32,000 bases of DNA from Allobaculum fili (GTDB lineage Bacteria; Bacillota_I; Bacilli_A; Erysipelotrichales; Erysipelotrichaceae), in assembly GCF_020969955.1 (NCBI RefSeq), contig NZ_JAHDSX010000001.1, positions 60,001 to 92,000 on the forward strand, in the 5' to 3' direction. Under the pieces are notes generated by a model. The model ran no database searches. It had not been told where the DNA came from and saw nothing but the letters and a program-made list of their open reading frames with translations. Below, one piece after another: positions 7,227 to 14,660 of the stretch. The translations under genes and the position numbers were made by a program. Position 1 is the stretch's first letter. The number at the start of each line of letters is the position of its first letter.

Positions 7227-9500
7227 ATGGACATTGATTTGAACCAAACTCTCGAGAATATTGCAGAGTTCTATTATGGAAAACGTCTGAAAGACTGCAC
7301 AGACCGCGAACTTTACTACATTCTCCTGGATCTGACAAAAGATCTTTTAAAAGGCGTTGAAGAAATCAAGGGCGATCGCCGTCTTTATTACATTTCAGCA
7401 GAGTTCCTCATTGGGAAGCTTCTTTCCAATAACCTTCTTAACCTGGGCCTGTATGCCGAGGTACGGGACATCCTGAAAAAGAATGGAAAATCTCTTGCAG
7501 CAGTAGAAGAATACGAACCAGAACCTTCGCTGGGCAACGGCGGTCTCGGCCGTCTGGCTGCGTGCTTCCTGGATTCTATCGCAACCCTCGAACTGCCAGG
7601 CGACGGTGTCGGCCTGAATTATCATCTGGGCCTGTTCCACCAGGCTTTTGAAGACTACAAGCAGAAAGAATATCCGGATCCATGGCTGAGCGACAATTCC
7701 TGGCTTACGGATACGGGCAAGTACTTCCCGGTACAGTTCGGCGATTTCAGCGTAGATGCGCATCTGTATTCCATTGATGTGTGCGGCTACACGAAAAAGA
7801 AAAACCCCCTTATGCTGTTTGATCTCGACACGGTAGACGAAAGCATCGTACAAAGCGGCATCGGCTTTGATAAAGACGATATCCGCAAAAACCTGACACT
7901 GTTCCTTTACCCGGATGACAGCGACGACGCAGGCCGTCTGCTTCGCGTTTACCAGCAGTATTTCCTCGTCAGCGCCGGTGCGCAGATGATTATCGAGGAC
8001 ATGAAGGCTGCCGGCTATCCTTTACAGGAAATCTCCAGGCATGCCGTCATTCAGATCAACGACACCCATCCTTCCATGGTTATCCCGGAACTGATCCGTC
8101 TGCTCATGGAAAACGGTCTGACGCTCGATGAAGCCATCGAACAGACCAAACAGACCTGCGCCTACACCAACCACACCATTCTGGCGGAAGCGCTGGAAAA
8201 ATGGCCGATGGGATTCCTCGAACAGGTAGCGCCGCAGCTGCTGCCGATTATCGAAGAACTTGACAAGCGCGCCAAAGAACGTTCGGACAACCCGAAAACT
8301 GCGATTATCGACGAAAACGGCGTCGTTCACATGGCAAACATGGATATCCATTTCTCCAAGTCGACCAACGGCGTAGCCAAAATCCACACAGACATTCTGA
8401 AAGATACCGAACTTCATGATTTTTATGAACTCTATCCGGAAAAGTTCAACAACAAGACAAACGGCATCACCTTCCGCCGCTGGCTCCAGGCGTGCAACCC
8501 GCAGCTGACCGACTGGATTATTTCCAAGATCGGAACCGGCTTTTTGAAAAACGCCGATGAGCTGGCGAAACTTCTCCCGTTTGTGAAACAGCCCCAAGCG
8601 CTGAAGCAGCTGGCTGCGATCAAGCAGGAAAAGAAGGAAGAGCTCGCGGTATTCCTCAAAAACCGTCAGGGCATCGAACTCGATACCCATTCCATCTTTG
8701 ATATTCAGGTAAAGCGTCTCCATGAATACAAGCGCCAGCAGATGAACCTGCTTTCGGCCATTCACCTGTATCAGGAGATCAGGAACGGCTACAAGCCGGA
8801 ACAGAAAGTCACCATTATTTTCGGTGCCAAGGCCGCCCCGGCTTACATTCTGGCCAAGGATATTATTCATGCCATTCTCGTCTTCTCGCAGATTGTCGAC
8901 AGCGATCCGGAAGTTTCGAAATATATGCAGGTTGTCATGGTGGAAAACTATGATGTCACCTGTGCCGAAAAACTGATTCCGGCTGCGGATATTTCCGAAC
9001 AGATTTCGCTGGCTTCCAAGGAAGCGTCCGGTACCAGCAATATGAAATTCATGCTGAACGGCGCGGTAACCCTCGGAACCGATGACGGCGCCAACGTCGA
9101 AATTCACGACCTCGTCGGCGACGACAACATCTTCATTTTCGGAACAAAGAGTGAAGACGTCATCGAAAGCTACGCAAAAGGGGACTACCATCCGCAGGCC
9201 GTGCTCGAAGCAGAACCTGAGGTCAACGACATTGTGAACTTCCTGGTCGGCGAAGAAATGATGGCTCTGGGCGATCCGGAATGCCTGCATCGTCTGCACC
9301 ATGACATGACGACTAAGGACTGGTTCATGGCTCTGCGCGATCTGGAAGCCTACATGGCTGAGCGCAAGAAAGCGTATGCGGCTTACGCCGACAAGGATAA
9401 ATGGTATGCCATGGCCCTCACCAACATCGCAATGGCCGGCTACTTCTCCAGCGACCGCACCATCGAACAGTACAACAAGGATATCTGGAAACTGAAATAA
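7227..9500 (+). CDS. glgP: Alpha-glucan (glycogen/maltodextrin) phosphorylase, GT35, 757 aa
   Basis: The PLP-lysine motif EASGTSNMKFMLNGA is present, together with GNGGLGRLAACFLDS, TNHT and NGV..H blocks in canonical order. I chose the start at ATG 7227 (AGGAGG upstream; MDIDLNQTLENIAEFYYGK) rather than track position 7137. Confidence 0.93.
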   Translation: MDIDLNQTLENIAEFYYGKRLKDCTDRELYYILLDLTKDLLKGVEEIKGDRRLYYISAEFLIGKLLSNNLLNLGLYAEVRDILKKNGKSLAAVEEYEPEPSLGNGGLGRLAACFLDSIATLELPGDGVGLNYHLGLFHQAFEDYKQKEYPDPWLSDNSWLTDTGKYFPVQFGDFSVDAHLYSIDVCGYTKKKNPLMLFDLDTVDESIVQSGIGFDKDDIRKNLTLFLYPDDSDDAGRLLRVYQQYFLVSAGAQMIIEDMKAAGYPLQEISRHAVIQINDTHPSMVIPELIRLLMENGLTLDEAIEQTKQTCAYTNHTILAEALEKWPMGFLEQVAPQLLPIIEELDKRAKERSDNPKTAIIDENGVVHMANMDIHFSKSTNGVAKIHTDILKDTELHDFYELYPEKFNNKTNGITFRRWLQACNPQLTDWIISKIGTGFLKNADELAKLLPFVKQPQALKQLAAIKQEKKEELAVFLKNRQGIELDTHSIFDIQVKRLHEYKRQQMNLLSAIHLYQEIRNGYKPEQKVTIIFGAKAAPAYILAKDIIHAILVFSQIVDSDPEVSKYMQVVMVENYDVTCAEKLIPAADISEQISLASKEASGTSNMKFMLNGAVTLGTDDGANVEIHDLVGDDNIFIFGTKSEDVIESYAKGDYHPQAVLEAEPEVNDIVNFLVGEEMMALGDPECLHRLHHDMTTKDWFMALRDLEAYMAERKKAYAAYADKDKWYAMALTNIAMAGYFSSDRTIEQYNKDIWKLK

Positions 9501-9544
9501 GATATCCCCATCCGGCAATAGAAATCCGAAACAGAAATACGCAG

Positions 9545-9581
9545 TGCGCAGGGCCGTCGGCTTCTGCGCATTGTTCGTTTT
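9545..9581 (+). terminator. Rho-independent terminator after glgP
   Basis: Stem TGCGCAG (9545-9551) pairs with CTGCGCA (9564-9570) across a 12-nt loop. It is followed by TTGTTCGTTTT. Confidence 0.6.
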
Positions 9582-9909
9582 GCCCGTAAACCTTACGATT
9601 CTGCTTCAAATTGCAAAAACAGGATTTTTTTACACCCGTAGATCCGGGAAGAGGAAAAATATAGAATCAGCCAGCGACCCGCTTCGCGTCGGGCGTACGC
9701 AAAAATGACCGGGGAGTTTCTTTGCGTACCAATCCGGCTGCACGGTTCCTGGACAAAGTTGTCCGCTTTTTATGAAGCGCTCTTTCAGGGCGCGCAGGAC
9801 TTGTTTTACCCCCACTCAGGATTCACCCGAGCATCCGCAAAGGGATCCGAAAACAATTTACGTATTCGAAATACCATCCAAAAATAAAAAGGAGAATGAA
9901 CGGGCAGAT

Positions 9910-12900
9910 ATGAACCGACCTAGAATCAAAATTCCTTCTTTGATTCCCGTAGAAATCGAAGAGGAACCCAGAGAAACCGATTCTGTTTTTGCGCCTGAAA
10001 CCGCCCTCGAAACAGAATCTGCAGCCCCTGCACAGGCTTCTCTCATCACGACCAATTCCCCGCAAAACGATCATTCGCCCGCTAACCTGGAAGCGGGACA
10101 GGAAAAGGCTCTGTCCAGTACGGAGTCCCTTTCTCATGCCGAATTAACGGCCGCTATCCCTGAAGATCTGCAGCCGGCATCCGCCGATGCAGACGCGCCC
10201 AAAGCGCCGGAAAAGAGCGCGCAGAGCGTGCAGCCTGCCAGTGCGCCACAAGCAGCTAAATCCGAATCTGTCAGCACGGCACAATCGAAAGAATCGAGCG
10301 CACCGGCAATGAAAGCCGCAGAAACAAAGCCTTCTTTCCAGCCTGCAGCCCCTGCGCCAAAACAGCCGCTGAAACCGGAACAGGTTCTCGAAAAACTGGT
10401 GATCGATCCGATCGTCATGAAGCTCAATCCGCTTGACGATCCAACCGAGATTCCGCCGGCCATTTATGATCTGGCGGTCCAGATTACCGACAACTGGGAT
10501 CTTCTCGAACCTGTGTTCGATGCGCTTCGCACATCCCTTATCAGCAAGGATTATTCCTTTTCCGTCACTGCAAGAAACGGTGTGGAACGAAAGAAACTGG
10601 TGTCCATGCTTTCCGGCATGGCGGGGCTGATGGCCGGCGTAGCCGAAACCGGCAAAAATGGCGTATCCGTTTCCGGACGCCTGATCCCAACACAGCGAGG
10701 CATAAAATTTGTGAGCGGAAGTTTCCTTGAAATGGCGTGCTACCAGAAAGTCAGAAAAATCGTGGAACGTCTGGCAGCGCAGGAAAAAGTCAGCTGGGGC
10801 GTGTATCCCAACGTCGTTGTAACCGACAAGCAGAATGGACTTGCGGTCAATGAATTCGACATGGTCATTGTCTTCGACGAAGACCTTTACGTTGTTGAGG
10901 TGAAGAGCGGCCATCAGTTCTCGGATTATGACAAGTACATGGCCGTCATTAAGAACTACTCTCTGGAAGACCATTTCCTGCTGATCGGAAACAGCCTGAC
11001 GAAAAACCAGGCGGAGTATGTCCGCTACTTCTGCGGCTATGCGGTCTGCACTTTGCAGCCCAATTTCCTTTACGACACGCTCGCCACGCTTTTCAAAAGC
11101 GGTCTGAAAGCCTCCCGGGAAGCGGCAGCACGTGAAGAAGAAGCCAGACAAGCGCGCCAGGCAGAGTTTGAAGCCCAGCGCAAGGCGGCTATCGAGAAAT
11201 CCAAAGCCGAAAGTGCCATGCGTAAAGCCAAAGCGCAGGAAGCCGCCCGTCTCGAACGGGAACGTCTGGGAAAAGAACGCCAGGAAGCCCAGCGCCGCGA
11301 GAAGGAACGTCTCGAACGAGAACGCCAGAAAGCGGAATGCCGTGAGAAAGAGCGCCTGGAAAAGGAACGCCTTGCCTTAGAGCGCATGGAAGAAGATCGT
11401 CTGGAAAAAGAGCGTGCCAAAAAGGCGGAAGAAGAAGCCAAAGCGAACAAATCCGCAGCCAAACGGGACGACGCTTCCCAGACCCCTGCCAGTCAGACGG
11501 CCAGATCGGCCTCTGAGGCAAGCCAGAACGCGGAAGCAGCCAAACCTGCAGCAGAATCCGCCAAACCTGCAGCAGAATCCGCAGACGTGTTGAATCTCAC
11601 TGTCGCCAAACCGGCACAAACCGCGACTGCCAAATCCGTTTTAAAAACGGCGGAAAAAGAGCCGAAAGCGGAGCCGGTAAAGACACCCAAACCAGCAGAA
11701 ACGCCAGAAGCTCCTGAAGTCCCAGTAAACCCAGAAACTGGAGCCGAAGAAAAAGCTGAACGGCCGGAACCCGCAAACAGTGAAAAAGCGGAAGAAACCG
11801 TCGAAACTGCTGAGCCATCCAATGCGGAGAATTCCAGCGAACCTGTTATGGAAGCTGAACCCGAAGGCAGCAATACGGCAGAAGAACCGATCAGTCCGAC
11901 AGAGCTGTCCGCTGAAAAAGAATCTGAATCAGCGGAAACACCAGTCGAAACCTCGACGGATCTCGCTGGAGCGATCGAAAACACTGAACAGGTTCAGGAA
12001 GAAATGCCTGCCGCACCGGCCAAAGCACAGACGACGACCGAAACGCAGACAGAAACTCTGACTGTTGAAACGGGAGTGTCGAGTTCTGAAGCAGCGGAAA
12101 CGCCAGAACCGGAAGCGGAAGAAAAAGCAGAAACGGAAGAAGACTCTGCGGAAGCTTCCAGGGAAGAATCCGTTTCGACGGTTCCATCCAAAGAAGAAGT
12201 CAAAATGATTGCTGACGCTTCCAACGAAGAACGTCCAGCCGCACCTGCCGTATCCAGTGCAGAACCGGCTGAATCTCTCGAAAACCCGGCAAAAGCCGAA
12301 TCTGCTTCAGAAGACGAACAGACAGTACACCCTTCTGAAGCGTCTGAAACCGCGAAAACGGCAGAAGCATCGGAAGAAGCTGCTGAACCGGCGGTCGTTT
12401 CTGAAGAGACGTCCGCAAAGAGCGAAGACAATACGTCCAAGGCTGCGGATGAAAAAGCGGAAGGTCACCATGTCCTGACCGTTCGTCCGAATCATCTGCC
12501 GGCACCGGTGATTGCCTTTACGCTTACCGAAACCGAAACTGAGGTTTCTGCCCAGGCGGAAGCCGAAGAAGAAAAATTCGTACAGGACGTACTGAGCAAT
12601 CCGTCCGAAGAGACGAAGCAGCTGCTCGAAGAGGTCGAAAAAGCCGAAAAAGCGCTCGAGTCCGAGGCAAAACCGGCACCAGCCAAACGCCGTCGCACGA
12701 CAAAAGCCGAAGGCGAAAAGAAAGCCGCTCCAGCGCGCAGGGGACGCAAGCCTAAAGCCGAAAGCACCCAGACTGCAGAAACCGCCGAAACGGAAAAAGC
12801 AGCACCGAAACGCCGCCGCACGACGCGCAAAACGAAAGATGCAGCCGCCGAAACGGCGACAAAACCGGCAGCAGAAACCGCAGCGAGCCAAGAAGCCCAG

Positions 12901-13173
12901 GCTGCGGAAGCAAAGCCAAAGCGCAGAAGAAAAACCGCAGCCGCCAAGGAAGGAACCACGACAGCTGCTGCGGAAAACACTGCTGCATCCGAAAATTCCT
13001 CCAGCGGGGAAAAACCGAAACGCAAACGGAGAACCCCCGCAAAGAAAACCGCAGAATCCAGCGAAACGCCGGCCGCTCCAGCTGAAAACAGCGAGGAGAA
13101 GCCAAAGCGCAGACCCGGTCGAAAGAAAAAGACCGCAGAGGAATCTGCAGAGCAGGAAGGAGGAAATAGCTAG
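9910..13173 (+). CDS. Giant low-complexity protein (1087 aa) with an embedded PD-(D/E)xK nuclease-like core (Card1/DUF1887- or NERD-like), an ER/K charged helix, an acidic tract and a C-terminal AT-hook-like KRRR repeat tail; function unknown
   Basis: A single long ORF. ATG 9910 (MNRPRIKIP) is preceded by AAAGGAG at 9889-9895. The core spans about 10372-11112 and carries GSFLEMACYQKV ... NEFDMVIVFDEDLYVVEVKSG. The rest is compositionally biased, as detailed in the findings. The track start at 9772 has no RBS. Confidence 0.75.
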   Translation: MNRPRIKIPSLIPVEIEEEPRETDSVFAPETALETESAAPAQASLITTNSPQNDHSPANLEAGQEKALSSTESLSHAELTAAIPEDLQPASADADAPKAPEKSAQSVQPASAPQAAKSESVSTAQSKESSAPAMKAAETKPSFQPAAPAPKQPLKPEQVLEKLVIDPIVMKLNPLDDPTEIPPAIYDLAVQITDNWDLLEPVFDALRTSLISKDYSFSVTARNGVERKKLVSMLSGMAGLMAGVAETGKNGVSVSGRLIPTQRGIKFVSGSFLEMACYQKVRKIVERLAAQEKVSWGVYPNVVVTDKQNGLAVNEFDMVIVFDEDLYVVEVKSGHQFSDYDKYMAVIKNYSLEDHFLLIGNSLTKNQAEYVRYFCGYAVCTLQPNFLYDTLATLFKSGLKASREAAAREEEARQARQAEFEAQRKAAIEKSKAESAMRKAKAQEAARLERERLGKERQEAQRREKERLERERQKAECREKERLEKERLALERMEEDRLEKERAKKAEEEAKANKSAAKRDDASQTPASQTARSASEASQNAEAAKPAAESAKPAAESADVLNLTVAKPAQTATAKSVLKTAEKEPKAEPVKTPKPAETPEAPEVPVNPETGAEEKAERPEPANSEKAEETVETAEPSNAENSSEPVMEAEPEGSNTAEEPISPTELSAEKESESAETPVETSTDLAGAIENTEQVQEEMPAAPAKAQTTTETQTETLTVETGVSSSEAAETPEPEAEEKAETEEDSAEASREESVSTVPSKEEVKMIADASNEERPAAPAVSSAEPAESLENPAKAESASEDEQTVHPSEASETAKTAEASEEAAEPAVVSEETSAKSEDNTSKAADEKAEGHHVLTVRPNHLPAPVIAFTLTETETEVSAQAEAEEEKFVQDVLSNPSEETKQLLEEVEKAEKALESEAKPAPAKRRRTTKAEGEKKAAPARRGRKPKAESTQTAETAETEKAAPKRRRTTRKTKDAAAETATKPAAETAASQEAQAAEAKPKRRRKTAAAKEGTTTAAAENTAASENSSSGEKPKRKRRTPAKKTAESSETPAAPAENSEEKPKRRPGRKKKTAEESAEQEGGNS
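11539..11580 (+). repeat. Perfect 21-bp tandem duplication (2 copies) inside the giant ORF
   Basis: GCCAAACCTGCAGCAGAATCC occurs at 11539-11559 and again at 11560-11580. It is in frame and encodes AKPAAES twice. Confidence 0.95.
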
Positions 13174-14216
13174 TGGCGGAGACAACGGTAAATAAAGACA
13201 AATCGACGGTGAATAACCCGAAAAAATACGCTAGAAACAATACAGAATTTATTGCGGCTGACAAAATCACGTCCACGACCTTCTTCACCACGGGAGATGA
13301 GACGCTCGAGCGTCTCCATCCTGAGGGAAGCCGTACGCGTACGACGCTCGAAGCCGCGAAAGATGTTATGCAGGAAGTGGACTATGTCCTGGTCGAGGAG
13401 ATCGCCCGCTCCTGCTACCTTACCCCTTTGCAGTGCGCGGAGCTGGTCAGCCTCAGGCTGGCCAACTACTCCCGCAAGGCGATCTTCAATCACCTGACCA
13501 AACTCAGCAAGTACCATGTGCTGCAGGAAAAGGCGATTCTTCGCAAGGGAGGAACCAAACTGACCTGCTTCTCGCTCGATCTGTTTGGATCGCAGATTGC
13601 CAAGCAGTCCGTCCATATGCACGGCGGGAATGTCTATCTTTCCTATTCCAGACGCCGTGAACTCAACAAGCCGGAAAAGCCGCTGGACATTTTCCGTATC
13701 CTCGTCGGCAACCAGATTCTGGTGGGGATGCTCAAAAGCGGCGTCAGCATGAAGCGCTTCGGTGTTCAGGAAGTGTTCGCTTCCGTCAATCCGCAGGACG
13801 TAAAAAACGGTGCCATCATGCGTACGCCGGTCAATTTAACCCTCAATGACGGAAGCCGGCTGTTCTTTGAAGTCGTCCGCAATACGGACGAATCGCTCGA
13901 ACAGCTCTGTGAAAAGGTGAGTCGTTATTATTCGATTCTCGACAGCCAGTGGACGATGCTGGAAAGCCGCAATATGACGGATAAGACCAATATCTATGCC
14001 TGCTTGCCGCAGCTGGTAATCTGCACAGAAAGTCCGGCGGATGCCGAACAGGTGTATCAGGCGTTAAAAGAACGCAGTCTGATTCGCAAGGAAGATACGC
14101 TTCTGTTTACCGAAGACATTCTCCATCTGAAAAATTCGCTGATTTCCCTGTACGAATTCAAAGAAGACGGCAGCCGTCAATGGTATCGTCTGCCGGGCAT
14201 GAAACTCTACAAATAA
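13173..14216 (+). CDS. Winged-helix protein resembling the replication-relaxation (Replic_Relax, PD-(D/E)xK-related) family, 347 aa
   Basis: GTG 13173 shares one base with the upstream TAG (TAGTG). GGAAGGAGGAAA ends 9 nt upstream of it. The wHTH-like segment is VLVEEIARSCYLTPLQCAELVSLRLANYSRKAIFNHLTKLSKYHVLQEK..CFSLDLFGSQIA. It is followed later by RLFFEVVRNTDESLEQLCEKVSRYY, which resembles the fxEvDrgTe...l..K...Y block of Replic_Relax proteins. Confidence 0.6.
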   Translation: MAETTVNKDKSTVNNPKKYARNNTEFIAADKITSTTFFTTGDETLERLHPEGSRTRTTLEAAKDVMQEVDYVLVEEIARSCYLTPLQCAELVSLRLANYSRKAIFNHLTKLSKYHVLQEKAILRKGGTKLTCFSLDLFGSQIAKQSVHMHGGNVYLSYSRRRELNKPEKPLDIFRILVGNQILVGMLKSGVSMKRFGVQEVFASVNPQDVKNGAIMRTPVNLTLNDGSRLFFEVVRNTDESLEQLCEKVSRYYSILDSQWTMLESRNMTDKTNIYACLPQLVICTESPADAEQVYQALKERSLIRKEDTLLFTEDILHLKNSLISLYEFKEDGSRQWYRLPGMKLYK

Positions 14217-14350
14217 AGCCCGATCAAAACCGAAAAAGAAAAGGACAGAATGTTCTTCTGTCCCATAAAAAATCGAGGAATAGAAAGCCGGCTTAAACGC
14301 CCGGCAATCGATCTCGTCTGGTTTTTCCTTTCCGATTTCTGTTTCATTCG

Positions 14351-14389
14351 CGCGCTCATCCATAAGATAGTGGACGAGCGCGTTTTTTC
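14351..14389 (+). terminator. Candidate rho-independent terminator of the two-gene operon
   Basis: GC-rich 7-bp stem: CGCGCTC (14351-14357) pairs with GAGCGCG (14376-14382). It is followed by TTTTTTCTTCT. The loop is rather long at 18 nt. Confidence 0.5.
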
Positions 14390-14534
14390 TTCTGTATCGC
14401 TTCTGTATCGTTTAATACAATCTCGCTGGGAAAACCCTCCTGCCCTCAGACGCAAAGAAAGGATCAGGGTTCAGCTTCTGTGCGCAGATGTTTCGCCGGT
14501 TCTGGAAAAATGGTATTTCAATACAATAATTCCG

Positions 14535-14566
14535 TGGAAAAATTGTACCAGAATACAATTTTTCCA
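14535..14566. repeat. Perfect 13-bp inverted repeat (AT-rich hairpin) in the convergent intergenic region
   Basis: TGGAAAAATTGTA (14535-14547) pairs with TACAATTTTTCCA (14554-14566) across a 6-nt spacer. A partial direct copy (CTGGAAAAATGGTATTT, then AATACAAT) lies about 35 nt upstream. Confidence 0.7.
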
Positions 14567-14619
14567 GAATCATGCATTTTTTTGCACAACAGGGTTCGAA
14601 ATGGGGAATCTGCTATTCG

Positions 14620-14660
14620 AAAACAGAGAAAAAGCGGCAGAACACAGAGTGCTCTGCCGC
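14620..14660 (-). terminator. Rho-independent terminator of the msmK-like gene
   Basis: 8-bp stem: GCGGCAGA (14634-14641) pairs with TCTGCCGC (14653-14660). On the minus strand it is followed by TTTTTCTCTGTTTTC. It lies 64 nt past the stop at 14724. Confidence 0.7.

Noticed and set aside
8022-9518. 498-aa minus-strand ORF (also 7395-7853 minus)
   Set aside because: It is antisense to glgP, which carries the EASGTSNMK PLP motif. It has no independent support.
9910-13173. Elevated GC (about 60%) of the giant gene as evidence of horizontal transfer
   Set aside because: The bias is explained by the Ala/Pro/Glu/Arg-rich amino-acid composition (GCN, CCN, GAR and CGN codons). It cannot be used as an HGT signal without codon-level analysis.
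10144-13291. Multiple long ORFs in other frames and on the minus strand within the giant gene (e.g. 10144-11151, 11493-11984, 11994-12440, 12307-13185, 12492-13025, 12752-13291, 12839-13195)
   Set aside because: Low-complexity GA/GC-rich repeats deplete stop codons in all frames. Only the 9910-13173 frame contains a globular domain, an RBS and translational coupling to the next gene.
13173-14216. Calling the region a plasmid, ICE or other mobile element because of the Replic_Relax-like protein
   Set aside because: No integrase, transposase, relaxase, replication initiator, conjugation gene, att-like direct repeats or tRNA target is visible anywhere in the window.
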